Positions 26,211 through 39,900 of a stretch of 64,000 nt of DNA are shown one piece after another. Below the pieces are notes generated by a model, which was given only the letters and a program-made list of their open reading frames with translations, was not told where the DNA came from and ran no database searches. The translations under genes and the position numbers were made by a program. The stretch is from Azolla caroliniana (taxonomy: Eukaryota; Plantae; Polypodiophyta). How positions within the stretch are numbered: position 1 is the first letter of the stretch; every line of letters starts with the position of its first letter. Location of the stretch: positions 2,356,001 through 2,420,000 of the forward strand of contig JBHGNT010000004.1 of assembly GCA_043228905.1 (NCBI GenBank), written 5' to 3'.

Positions 26211-29200
26211 TTACATTGTTATACATAGAGAAGAGAGAAATATGTAGAGAGTGAGTGCAAACTTATTCATTCTTGAAAGGGATAGAGAAACAGAGGATGA
26301 AGGTGATGCATTTATTGGGGAAGGGGAGCTTGGAGCAGTAGCCGTTGACGTAGACGGAGCAACATATGGTGTGCCAAGTGATATAGGGGTTGAGTGTAGG
26401 CATTCTGGTGGTGTAACGTTGTATCGTGCATAATCAGTACAATAATTGTAGATAGTCAAGTTTTCTTGCACCCACTTTAATTGCCCAAGTTGGGCATCAT
26501 CTAAAGCTCGATATTGGTATTGGTTCCACCATTTTGGTAATGCACATTGGGATGCCGCATTGGTGTTGGTCTCGGTGCATGCATCTACTCCAAAATCTCT
26601 ATATGATGCAACAAACGGTGCATGAGTCCAGTTAATCTTGATTCGGCCACCCTCTGTTGCCCAACTATCACCATCCCATATTGTAGCATACACATTCATG
26701 CTTTGATTGTGCAAATAAGGAACCCCTGTTTCTGCTTCTATGTTGGGAAACACTCTAATAGGTATGTAATCCACAAAGAATCTGCACTTGTTTCAGTTCA
26801 AATTTTGGTTATTAATATCTCATAAATTAGTTTAAGAAACAACTTATTTGTAAGTACACCTTAAATTGATTTTAAATTATTGACCCATTATACCTTCAAG
26901 CAAGTCTTTATTATGTTAAGATAGTGCGCCATGGCCATGTTTAATTGAATTGATGTTCTTATTATATTCATTGGCAATGCATTGGCTCCTACTTTGTTTC
27001 CATATATGTAATGTTCAAATTCCATAATTCAATAGGTTCTCTTGAAAGTACCAAGGGACTATCTAGTTTTAGAAGTGATGTTTAGGTGTTCCACATATCT
27101 TTCTATAGCTCCTCTTGTGATCCCTTTCGCATTTATTGTCAAAAATAGCATTTAGGTATCTCCTTATGTTTAGACCCTCTTACATGCATCTTACGAAATT
27201 GGATTTATATTTGCCAAAAAGCCACATGCCTTTCTTTTGCATATCTCATCAGTAATAGATGGAATTCACCAAGAGAATAATAGAATGGGAAAGTGACGTA
27301 TTCCCTTGAATGATGTTTAGGATGACTACCTTATTTATGTGGTTTGAACTATCCTTGGAATGAATTTCCTTGAAAATTGTAGAGGTGGCCCTATAAGTTA
27401 CTTTTTGCATATCTCACGAGTAATAGATGGAATTCACCAAGAGAATGATAGACTAGGAGAGTGATGTATTCCCCTTGAATGATGTTTAGGATGACTAGGT
27501 CTTATTTATGTGGTTCATGAAAATGTTTCATACCCATTGAATTCTCTTATATCATGATGAGATTTAGAGGAAATGTTTAGAATTGTCAATCAAGAAGTTT
27601 GTGGATAATATCACATGATTCCTTGTTGGATGCCTAGTAATTATCATTTAAAATTGTAGGCAATATTATACATGACCTTGCATTTGTTATATGTCTTGTC
27701 AATCACCCTTAAAATTCACATGGAAATTTATGGATAGTTTTACAAAGCTTATGTCTCAAGGGAAGGTATCTAACTAATCAAGCTATGACATGATCAATCA
27801 CTCATAACATATAACTTTAGGAATAAGGCATGATACATTAAGTTAGGGGGTGTATTGTACTATCTTGGCCTTCAATAAAGACCAAAGGGAGTGGTGATAA
27901 GTTTGTCACACAAATCAAAATAGCAAAAATATAGTTATGTTGAGGCAACAATGTGAATGATTGCGGTGAGTTTGAACCTAATGTTAGCATGATAGAGGCC
28001 ATTGGTTTGAATTCATAGGCCAAAATAAAAGTTTGAAGCTAATGGTGATAGTTAGATGACAAGTTTAAGTTTGTGGCACGAACCAAAGTCGCAAAGGATA
28101 GTATGTAGCAACAATGTGGGTATTCTGGTGAGGGTGAACTTGGTCAAATTAACATCATCGATGCACATTAGTCACTAAACTAGAATTCAAAGGCCAAAAA
28201 ATAGAGGTTGAGGGAATGATGACACAAGTTTGTGGCACGAATCCAAGTTACAAAATATACTTATGTAACAATGATGCAAATTAAGGTGGTAAGCCAGGGG
28301 TCATCAGGATGGAGGTTGCCCTAGTATTGTTTCTTATACACACCAATGAGTTTGCAAACCTTCCCAATGTGGTTCATTTAGCCTACTTAGCTTGAGCTGG
28401 CATGAAGCAAGATGTGACAATATATTCGATTAAATCAAATGCCTATATGGATTTGCCTCAGAGGATACCAAAGGTAGTTACTATAAGACAATATTTGTCT
28501 TCCTAACTTAACAACTCCGTGAATATGAAAGTAAGATCCCAGTAAATGGAATAAGAGACAAAGTGCTAACTTACACAACTTGGTATAGATTCCATAGAAG
28601 AGTGTAGTTGTGGAACTCAGAAGTTGGATCAAACCACAAGTTAATGCGTTGTTCTCGCCCACCTACCCCATGGGCATATACATTTGTTTGTAGGGTAATT
28701 GGTTGCCCAGACACATTGCCCAAAAATTCAAAGTCCAATTCATCATGGTTGCTTCCTAGTGATGAAAACTGCATTCATAATTACAATTCAATTAGATACA
28801 TATTGGTTAATGAGATAACTCCATCAATTATGGACATTGATAATGTCTTAACCCTATCATTAGCTCCATGTTTTGTCCTTATAATTCTATGTAACCTCAG
28901 TAGTAGATCCATGATTATAAGCACTAATAATTCTTTACCTCATCATTGTATATAATTGATATTCATCAGAAATTGTCATTGTAAAGGATTTCTAAATGCT
29001 AGAGTTATGAATGAAGTTTAATTAAATATTTTTAGAGAGTAATTATCTCACATAATATGTTGTAACAGTTCCCGCCGAGTCTCCTGATGGTAGCTTAATC
29101 TTCATGTTGAAGTATCCAAATAAGTATTGATCGTAGGATTGAAAGCCAGAGGCTGTCATTCATCAAGCTTCTCATTTAGTGTTCCTTTCTTTTTGTACAT

Positions 29201-29708
29201 AGGAAACTAGGTACATATTCACACTCACATGTGTAACGAAAATATAGTTTTGATTTGTTATGATGATGAATTTGTAGGAATGAGATCATTTATTTAATTT
29301 GTAAGGATTTGGATTCCTAAATACTGAGATGTAATTTGCATGGAGAGTTATGGTCCAACCATGGTTAATTTTTATCAATAGTTTTAATTGAATGTACATT
29401 GGATTCATTCTTGTATAAACAATGAAATACACTTACCATACAAATCCCTAAATCTATATCTATATCATGTATATATATAATGTAATACCATTTTTCTGAT
29501 CCAAGCTTAAATGAATCTCTTGGCCACCATCAACAAACTCCACATGATCTGGAGTAGACATGGTGTAGAAAACAGAGGAAAGATCTGCAGAAACAGAGCA
29601 CTTTGTTGAAATTAAGAAGAAAAGAAGAGTAGTTACAATGGAGGAGGTTAAGTGTAGTAGACATAGTGGAGATGATATTGAAGAGGAAGAGGAGGAAGAA
29701 GGAACCAT
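26211..29708 (-). CDS. XTH: Xyloglucan endotransglucosylase/hydrolase (GH16 + XET_C) with a Ser/Thr/Pro-rich, hydrophobic C-terminal extension
   Basis: Canonical 4-exon structure 29708-29489, 29152-29052, 28768-28575, 26781-26211. Signal peptide; [11 protein letters not shown]; catalytic [11 protein letters not shown] followed by the NVS glycosylation sequon; [11 protein letters not shown]; YNYCTD..R...PPEC. Confidence 0.95.
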
Positions 29709-31814
29709 GGTGTTAATTCTAGGATTGATTAGGCTATGGATAGCTTCATAAAAAAAGAAGTTATATGCAACAGAAGAGAAAGAAAGAAAGGAAGAAGAAG
29801 TGGGGAGCTTCCAAATTAAGAAGAGAATGTAAGAAGAAGAAAGGCTTAAGAGAGGATCATGGATGTGCCTCTTGTTTTTCTTTTACTTTTTCCTTCTCAT
29901 TTTAATATGAGAAAAAAGGAAAAGAAAACATTATTTACTATTTATTATTTATTCCTCTTACACATGTCTGTCCAAAAAACAATACATACATACATAAAAG
30001 TATAAAATGACAAAAACAAAAAATGAAAGTAATGAGAGCTTGTGTAGGAACCAATCAATAATAAAACAAGAGGAAAACTTGTTTTCCCTTCTAAATTTGG
30101 TTGATTGGTTTCTTTTCACATCATGTGTTAACCACCTATCCATGACTTGTTTTCATATCTTATCAATCTCTCTGGATACACCTAGCACAACTTCTTCTTA
30201 CCAGTCTCTCTCTCTCTCTGGATACACACACATGGCTTGTTTTCATATCTTACTAATCATGGACCTTCTTTCTGATGTACACCTAGCACAACTCGGGAAT
30301 GTCAACAACCGCATTTTGGCCAACTATGGCGAATGACGATCTGTTACTGTTGAATTCGATGTCGCTTGTGCGTGCTAACTACTACTACTACATCTCATAC
30401 ATTTGTTTTAGCGAACCCTTTCCTAGGGAGGGATGGGACTTTAGGAGCGAGAATGATCAAAGATTGCTAGCTATGATGCTTTGGTAACATTGGATAAAAT
30501 GATGGCTCCCATCTAGTGCCCATGTGCATGCTAACATCAATATGTATTTTGACCAGTTCATTTGTGGGAACCCTTATAAGTTATGAATAGCCATTTAAAG
30601 GTTTTGAGCCACATATCTTGAATTCTCATGGGCATCACAACTCTACCTGTTGGGATGTGCTACTAGGAGCTATTTCCCCCTAGAAATGAGGGAATTCATC
30701 AACATTATCTCGAATATATATAGATTATCAACCCTATGATCCCATCAAGGTTTTGCAATCGTAGTATTACAACATTTCTTTGTCCCTCCCTCTTTTGGTG
30801 AAAATACACAATTATATTAATTGCATGTAAAAAATAGTACAATGTTATTGCAAATTATTTATGGTTACAATTACAGGGGTTGTGAGACAAGTTAATGAGC
30901 CTATTCACAAGACACGCACTTGGTCGAGGAGAGAACTCCCACTTACTACAATAAACATATTTATCACAGCAATTACACTATGTCAAAAACTCCCAATTTT
31001 GATGAGGATTTAGATATTGTAAGAGGCAATGAGGGTATTCTTCCGATTGAACTATGCAAAAAAGAACAATTATCGATTACTTGCCCATGCCTCTTTAGAG
31101 TTGATCCTAAAAGCCCAATCACTAGTATTTCCTAGATATGGAAATTTTGAATGTCAACCATCCATCCATGAGTACACTTTTTTTCCCCCAACAGTGGTTT
31201 ATTATTATGTTTAAAGTGATTTAAATGATCCATGGACACTTCCAAATATTCTTAACAACTTCAACATGGATTTTTACCATGAGTACAGAGTTACATGCCA
31301 TTCTTGTTTAGCCTTAGATGATAATAGTAAACAACCTGTAGAAACAATTCTGTCAACGATCAAGTAGTACAGAAAAGAGATGGTAGACCTTTCTTTTCTT
31401 TTCTTTTTCCCCAAAAAGAGATGGTGCCATGTGTGAGAAGAGAAAGAGACTAAGTACACACAACATTTTATTGGAAATTAAGGGGGGTGATTATTAATAA
31501 ATTTTAATTGATTATGGATCAACAACTAACAAATGGGAAAGATTTGGGTTATATGCTACATTCTATGTGTACATCGAAACCTAAACCAATGTGATGGGAG
31601 AGTAGATCCATTTAATGTGTATTCCAATACATTTATCACGAGGGTTGACTTAGAAATAATGCCCATGAATATGTTCACACATAAGGTGTGTGATTGAGCT
31701 TGATATCTCAACCACCACCATTGATATAGCTTTCCAAAGTAGCAATACAATAACAATAAATTAGTAGTCACTTGTAAAAAGTGCTCATATATCGTAGATG
31801 GCAATCCAACCATA

Positions 31815-31931
<117 letters not shown>

Positions 31932-32536
31932 CATTTCCCTCGGCCCTCTATCGACGTTCTCAATACTCCTTTCACAGGTTTGACTCCCACATTCGTGAAA
32001 TTATTAGAGTTTGAGTCATCCATGTATTTTATGAAATACACACATGCACAAGCATCTCATGCTAATGGATTATCACTAATTAGATCTATGATTCCATCAA
32101 GGTTTTGTGATCTCATGTACACACGATAAGTGTTGAGGTAGTAGCATCATGGTGTCATCACCTCAATATTAAGATATGCAAGATTTGCAATGAAAACTAA
32201 GTGTTGAGGTGGCATCATGGTGTTATCACCCCAATATTAAGATATCCAATGAAAACTTGGAGGATGCATATGACTCACTTCTCACATGCTCATCATATAA
32301 GTTAATTCACGAGAAGTATAATGACTTACATAGAGGGGCATGATAATTTAAGTCTCATACTCAAATCCCCCCAAGACGGGCGAGCACATATGTGAGTGCA
32401 TTATTTTCATATACAGAGTTTTTACTACATAATAGTAACCCCTCTTCTTAGAAAGGAATCACATACAATTGGGATGTTTATTTGGTTCCATAGGTCAAAT
32501 TTGGCCTCATCATGGATGGTAAAAATGTTATTCTAT

Positions 32537-32587
<51 letters not shown>

Positions 32588-33310
32588 GGAGTAACTCAAG
32601 TATTGATTTATGGAGTAGAAGTATGGGGTGACACCATCTCTCTTAATGCATGGAATGAGATTGCGAAAATTCAAATGATATTTTTAAGGAGGCAATTGGG
32701 AGTTAAATGCACTACCTCTTACCAGGTTATGCTCTTGGAAATAAGTGTTCGACCCATAGAAATATTGGCACTCCAAAGAGTATATAAATACATTACAAAA
32801 GTCAAGGATATGCCGAATCATTGATTACCACATCTTGGTCGGAATGTTGGATGTAAGCTACAAATAAATCATAAGAATAAGATTCTCTCATTCGGTTGGG
32901 TTGTTGACATAAGGAAATGGTTTAGAAGATGGGGTGTGGATGATCTTTTAGAGTTTTTGGGCGATGCTATGCATTATGTAATGATTGAGGAAAGGTTGGT
33001 GGAATCATTAAGGATGAAGTGGGAAGATGCTAAGAGGACAAAGCTAGAATACTACATTGCAACTGTCAACCCGGAATGTTGGTCTCAATATAAAGCAAGA
33101 ATTCCTATTGATCGTATCCAACCTTATTTCATTACCAATATGAGTAGTAATGCTCATAGAGCCCTTACACTACTTCGCACTCGATCTCACAAGTTAGGAC
33201 CTATTGAAGTTGCATCGTGGTATCAAAATGTAACGAATTTGAAGACATGCAAAGTGTGCAATGAAGGCATGGTAGAGGGAGTGATAATATGACATACTAA
33301 GATGCAGTGA
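32588..33310 (+). mobile_element. 5'-truncated, decayed non-LTR retrotransposon (LINE ORF2 C-terminal part)
   Basis: LIYGVEVWG...FLRRQLGVK.TTSYQVMLLE post-RT region, then LRTRSHKL...CKVCNEG...H.L..C (C-terminal CCHC-like). Contains in-frame stops and starts next to a (CT)n tract. Confidence 0.7.
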
Positions 33311-33647
33311 TAACTTAAGTGTCATACTTAAGGCACCACCCAAAAGGTTGAGCTCATATGTGTATGCTTTATTCACACATAGAGACTTTGTGCTTCAATG
33401 TATGAATACCCCTTCTTAGGAAGGAGACACATATCAAGAACACATGTATAATACTTTGGTCCCATAGGTCAAAACTGGCCTCTTTATGGACGATAAAAAT
33501 TCTAACTATCTCTTTCTCTCTATTGTAATTAGCTTACCCTAGTGGTATTACATCTTGGGTTTGAAATCAATGACCTCTTGGTCTCCATTGGGCAACCTTA
33601 CCAATTGAGTTACATCCATCCCTCTCCCTCTCCCCCCCTCTCTCTCA

Positions 33648-33895
33648 ATGTTTTTAGAAGTTAACAAACAAATGGCATACACCCTCCTCGTTGAGATGGG
33701 ATCATTTCCCATTGAGATCATGGCCATGGAAAGGATTGTTGAATGCATGCTTAAGGTTAAAAAAAGTGTCTCACATGGACTTCCTAGAATTGCATGGGAA
33801 GCAAGCAAAAAGATCCATAAAAGCAAAATTTCGTATTCCGGTTAGATGCAATATATGGAAAAATGGTTTATTAGATGGGATACAACAGACTTGCA
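33648..33895 (+). mobile_element. Second LINE ORF2 fragment
   Basis: EVNKQMAYTLLVEMGSFPIEIMAMER...LPRIAWEAS...KSKI parallels the same region of the fragment at 32.6-32.9 kb. Confidence 0.55.
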
Positions 33896-34027
33896 GTCAT
33901 GGTCTTCATTATTATTATCATTCACACTATTTTTTCATCGAATAACTACTCTAATTTTTACTTTTGCAATTAATTTTTCATACTAATCCTCTTAAAACAA
34001 TAGAGTTCCTCATTAGAGGGGCACTAT

Positions 34028-34501
34028 TGTTAAGAGTCTATTACTAATCAATAGGCCAAAATAAAGTAAAAGAAGGAGAATAGATTGGATAGAAGAACCC
34101 ACTCAACCCGACCACCCCCGAGCTATGATCTAGACATAGGCAACCTACCATTGATGTCCCATACCGCCGGATATTAGGATGACTAATACCTTGGAAGAGA
34201 TTACACGATCGTCGAGACGAAAGCCTAGCCCGCACCACCAATGTCTAAGACAACAACCTTCCGACGTAATGTCCTTATGAGGGTAGCTAACCCTCATATT
34301 TATACCTTTTTCTAGGCCCCTTGAATAGATGTGCCTTTCTAAAAGGCTCTCCAGTCATTGGTTGTCCAAATCATGATAGTGCATGCACCTATCATTCCTT
34401 CTATCCAATCACATTAGTCCCCTTTTTAACATTAGTGAACATACCCTTCACTTATGTAAATATTAGTGACCTACCCTCACCTACGTTATGTGTACATAAC
34501 A
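34028..34501 (-). mobile_element. Probable solo LTR (474 bp)
   Basis: TGTTA...TAACA termini flanked by ACTAT/ACTAC (5-bp TSD, one mismatch); TATA-like GGTATAAATA on the minus strand near 34300. Confidence 0.5.
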
Positions 34502-36077
34502 ACTACTAAAATGTCAATCCCATTAATTATAGTAAAGATAATAAAGCTATTTTTTTCAATATCATATTGATCAACTTAAAGTTCGGTTACATGCATGTAC
34601 GTATGAACATTATGTGTAAAAGCAAATATTGAAATCATTGGACATCACGATATTACTTTGTAGAAGTATCGTTGTCGTGAAAACCTGAATTTAAAGAATT
34701 TGTTTTTAAAATGCGAACAATAATTTCCATTCAAATATTAGCCGTTTATAAGAAAGAATAAAACTTTTTAGGAACTTAACTCAATGAGTTTTGATAGTAT
34801 TACAATTTATTATTCAACAAGCTCTATTTTTGGAGTGTAACATGCTCTCTTTATTGAGAAATATAGGTAATTAGATAACAAATATCCACCATACTACAAT
34901 CTAAAATGCCTACCTTTTGCGTTAGAGATGCATTTCTAAAATGAATTATTCTAACTATTTCTTATTGAGTGATACATGTGGTTTGGCTCTTTTACCACAT
35001 GCTCTTTGGGCAAGTTGTACACACCACTACCAAAAAAATTCATTAGATTCTAACATTTTCTTGGTGGAAGATTGTCTTTTGACACACTAACATTCTCACA
35101 CTTTGTTAGGAAACGTCATATACTTTTCATGGTTCTCTTTTAACTGTAACAAATCAACTCACTTCTCTACATCAACAACTAATCAAATGAAATGGTGATA
35201 TATACTTTTTCCAATTGGAAGATAAGTTTTGAGGTTACCCTGAGGCATATATGGTGGGGCTAAAGGTAAAGAATGTAGTGTGAATCCAACTTTATTCTAG
35301 TTTTACACCTCTCACTTACATCTTCATTTGGAATATTACATATTGATTTAATAAATTGCTCAGTAAGACGTCTAAAGAGAATTATGCTCACAGGGTTCCC
35401 CCAAGTACACAATAATATTTGATAAATTAATGCCAATATTTATATATTTTATTTCATGAAAGCCATAAGTTACACAAAGAATGTTGTAGAGTTCAGTATC
35501 ACATGTTTATAAAACAAAAACCCACAATGTAAGTATAGATAACAAAGATAAGTATATTATAATGTCATTCATGTATTGTTAAAGAGCTCATATGATGGAA
35601 ATGGACTTTCACATGACCACCTAGGTTGACATTTTCTACCTAGAATGGGCATCATCATCCAATATAACGATTAGACAAAATACCAAGCATATTAGTGTCT
35701 ATTAAGCAATTGATACTAAATAATTAAAGTTGTAGGAGTATATTGCTAGCTAACCAATGTGTCAAGTCAAGTTGAACAATTGTCTAAGAGTCTTAAATAT
35801 TTAATTGTTGATGTGTACTACACTCGACATCCAAGTGGCGGCCTTCGGCAACTCTTACCAAAGCCCTACTATGTGACCAAATGGCAAGTTCCAACTACAT
35901 CCAAAGAGATCACAATGTGAAGCCATATATTTGTCAAAAGTTACATATGCCTAAGTGTAAGTTGCAGGAATAATAAACCCCTCGGAATACTCCAATTAGG
36001 AGAGTGACACTACTAATTGGTGGACGAGTGGGCAAGTAACAAGGCCAATTGGATCAGAGAGAGACAGAGAGCTCAAA

Positions 36078-36254
36078 TGGATGTAGTTAAATTGGTAAGG
36101 TTGCCCAATGGGAACCAGGAGGTCATGGGTTCAACCCCTATAGTGAATTAAGAGATATGCATGTATATAATAGAGAGGTGAGGAAATTTGGTTTTGAACC
36201 CAATACATAGTGCTTATAGTGTAACAATTTACCACTAGGGTAAGCTAATTACAA
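36078..36254 (+). mobile_element. tRNA-derived SINE-like element; an inverted, internally deleted copy lies at about 33522-33618
   Basis: GGATGTAGTTAAATTGGTAAGG...GGTCATGGGTTCAACCCC has A-box-like and B-box-like motifs. Both ends match the reverse complement of 33522-33618. Confidence 0.45.
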
Positions 36255-36349
36255 GAGTGAGTAAGTATACAGAGCATACATATTAGAGAGAGAGAGAGAG
36301 ATGACATGTAACTAGATTTCAAATTACCTTGATCCATCACGATAAGGTA

Positions 36350-36470
36350 TGTAGTGGATGATGGTAACACTTCGAAGAAACAAAAGATAGTTGAACTACT
36401 AACATCCAACCTTAGTGGATGATGGTAACACTTCGAAGAAACAAAAGATAGTTGAACTACTAACATCCAA
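36350..36470. repeat. Two-copy tandem repeat of about 62 bp; a related partial unit follows the outer 3' LTR
   Basis: GTGGATGATGGTAACACTTCGAAGAAACAAAAGATAGTTGAACTACTAACATCCAA occurs twice. AACAAAAGATAGTTGAACTACTAACATCCAA reappears at 54742. Confidence 0.85.
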
Positions 36471-36905
36471 GAGGGCGGATGGTATAGAATGATGGTATTC
36501 GGGAACTGTTGTAATTAGTAATCTTAAAATATATAGTAATATATGAGAAGATGTGGACGGACGGACCGGAATCGGTATGCCGATCCGGATCCGGAACGAT
36601 CCCGTAAAGGTGCCAGTTGGCACCGTTTTGTATTTCGCACCGGAGACCTATATAAAGGCCCGGTTACAATGTGATTAGGAGCGGATAATTAATAGAACTT
36701 ATTGCTTTAATCTTTCAGCATTGATTACCGTTTTGTACTCATTGTTATATCTTACGCGTGTTAATGATGTGTTGCTAAGTAATCGATTAAGGTCTAATTA
36801 AGCGTTGTGTCGTAAGTCATTCTTCCGTACCACCCTTTGGTGAAGTGTCTTAAGTGGACACCCTGTGTTAGGCTGTTGTCCGGCCCTAGGAGTAACACAG
36901 TTTTT

Positions 36906-36917
36906 GGCGACCACGAT
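36906..36917 (+). promoter_or_regulatory. Primer-binding site of the outer element (tRNA-Arg type)
   Basis: TGGCGACCACGA shortly after the LTR end is complementary to a tRNA 3' end ...GUGGUCG-CCA, as recalled for eukaryotic tRNA-Arg(UCG). Confidence 0.65.
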
Positions 36918-36952
36918 TCCTGCACAATTGTAGTGAACAACGGCGGGAATGG

Positions 36953-39900
36953 ATGACTAGGCCAACAGACGACCCGATTACGGAGAGAGCACAAAGACTT
37001 GCTGAACGGAGAAGGTGGCGAGAGGCTTTCCAGCAAGCAACGGAAGAAATCCGAACGGATCGATCATTTTCCAAAGTGATCCGGAAAGTGGCGGAGGAGT
37101 CGCTCCGTTTGCAACAAAACGCCTACCCGGACGAAGGAAGCAGCTTAAGCAGTCTCTGGGAAGCGGAAACCCTTCTCCAGGCCTTGGCCGGAAGAGACGG
37201 CGAATTTGAAGCATTTTCAGCGTTGGAATCGGATTCGGAAGGGGGTTACAGCGTGCACACGAACTATCGCAGCAGTAACGACACCCTAGGAGAACCGGAG
37301 GACGAGGAGTCGGATACATTACCGACACCGGAACCAGAGTGGGCAGACCGGGAACCTCTGACACTAGACATGGAGCAACCTCCGGAGACGGAAAAAGACC
37401 GACAAAAACCTCCAACACCAGAAGTCGAGCCGGCAACACCAAAGGAAGACCGGCAAAGACCTCTGACGCCGACAGAACAACAGGAAAGACCACCAACACC
37501 GCCAACCCGCATATCGACACTGGACGACGACATGTCGTTCCAGTACTCCAAGTATAGGGATGATCCGGACGCGGAGGCTCATGTTCACGCATTCCAACAA
37601 ACATGGGAGGCGAACCATGTGTCACAACGGTTAACCGCGGCAGAAGAGGAACGATCTAAGATAGCCGAATTCGGCGTGACATTGGAAGGACCTGCCGCTA
37701 GATGGCATCAGACACAGGACCCTAGCACCATCACCACCTTTGCGGACCTGAAAGACAAATTCTTGCACTTCTTTCAAAAGGAGGTGGACCAGAGAGAAAT
37801 GGTGGGCCTATTCTATACCATCCGGTAGGACCCCGGGGAGAGCATTCCGAAGTTTGTCATCCGGTTTCAACAGATGCATAGTCAGCTTACCCGCGCACCT
37901 CCGCAGGAAGAAACACGGGCTATATTTTTGGCCGCACTCCGGGAACCTCTACGAATGGTATGCACGGTCATCGACTTTCGCACAAGCACTATCGACCAGG
38001 TCATCGACCGGGTTAGAGAAATGGAAAAAACGAGCTCTTGGCTAACAATGGGAGCCCTCCAACGAGCGTTACCAACCGATGAGGATCTCTGTTTCCGGCA
38101 AGCAATCCAATGCACGACCTGCTTGAATTCCGGACACTTGTCGCTGGAGTGCACCATGTGGACGCACTGCTTACTCTGCCACTCTACGAGCCACACGATG
38201 GATCGGTGCGAATATAACTTATTGAATTGGCAAGCACCACTAGTCCGGCAAATCGAGCCGCGTAGCAGCCGAGACGAAGAAGACGAACGCTGGGGGCGAG
38301 AGGAGCGATATCGACCGGCACAAGATGTCCGGTACGACGATCGGCGAGACAACTATGACCGGTACAAGAGATACGACAGGTATCGAGATTACAATGGACG
38401 GTACGAGCATCACAACCGGGATCACTCCCCCGGGTATCACCAACGACGGGAAGATTACGGGAGATATGAGGACCAACCCCGTCAAGGGTACCGCAACAAA
38501 AAGAACTTTAATAAAAAACGGCATTTCAAAAAAGGGAGCCACCCACGTGAACCGGAAAAAGGCGCCTAAAGCAGCCAACAGGACCAGAGCCCCGCGATGA
38601 CCACAGGTCCTCCACCGGATATAGGAAACAATGCCGAATCCAGCAATACCCGGAAAGCATATTGCTATTATTGCCGGCAAGAAAGACATTATAGTAATCA
38701 ATGTCCGGCAAAGAGCTATGATAAATGATCGACAGTAAACATGGTAGTCGCCAAAGTCACAGACCTACAAGAGGTTACCACAAGGTCAAAGGGCAAGACG
38801 ACGGAATGGGAGACACAAGAGGCCATCCGGAAACAGGCAACATAATGGGTGAAAAAGGCAAATGAGCGAAACGTAGCAGAACTCGCGCAGCAAAAGGAGA
38901 ACATCGAAGAGCTCGCCGACGGCAGTCAGTCCGAAAACGCGACATGGCAGGTATTGCAGGAATGCCAGATTACATTGCCGTTAGGAAGACTCTTGCAGCT
39001 AGTACTAAGATTCACAGAAGGTATCAAGTCCGGCATGACGACAGGTGGAACACCACCGGCTCCGACATTCTTCTCAAATCCGGAGGAGGGACCGGCGGTG
39101 GTGGACACCAACAACTCGACAGTTACTGCCATTGTGAAAGGGAAAGAACTCCCCGGCACGATAATAGACGGAGGCTCCAGCGTTAATGTAATAAGCCTCC
39201 GGATGTGCGATGCTCTTGGAATCCAAGAGTGGGAGCCATGTCCGTTCTGGTTCCGAATGGCGGACACAAGTTCGGTGCGACCAACAGGACTAATACGGGA
39301 CTTAAAAGTAACTATCGGGGGCCATACATTCCGAATATCAGCCGTAGTTCTCCAGTTGCAGGCTCAAGGAGCGTACCCATTATTGTTGGGACGCCCTTAG
39401 TTAAAGACGACACACATCAAGCAGAACTGGAGGAGGAATATGATTACGTTCCGGCGGGGAAAAGCAAAGGTACGGGTACCAACACAACCAAGGAAGGGCA
39501 CCGGCAAGGATCTGACACCGTTATATGCGAAGTGCGTCAATATGTTGGAAGGATTAGCAGACGAAGAAGAAGATCAATACTTGCAGGAGAACCCGAAGAT
39601 TGCACCCCTATTCGAAATTGACGTCGCCGAAGCGGTATCACCCTACTTACTGCAACCGGACGACATTGAAGCGGAACCGGATAAAGAAGTAATCCAGGAG
39701 TTATGGCAAGCGCAAGAGGCGTTGGAAAGAGAAATGGCTGTATCACAGCGCATAAAAGCGTCTCAATTAGAAGTGGTAAATCTAGGAACGACGGAGGAGG
39801 CAAAACCGGTTCGGTTTCGCGACGTATTTGCCTAGTCTTACGAGGTAACAATGGGCACGGTTCGGTTTCAAGGCAAAGAAACCAAACCAAACCGTTTATG

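Noticed and set aside
11212-29708. PIG-F near a candidate GPI-anchored XTH as a functional gene cluster
   Set aside because: They are about 12 kb apart with two unrelated genes between, and PIG-F is housekeeping. Chance proximity is sufficient.
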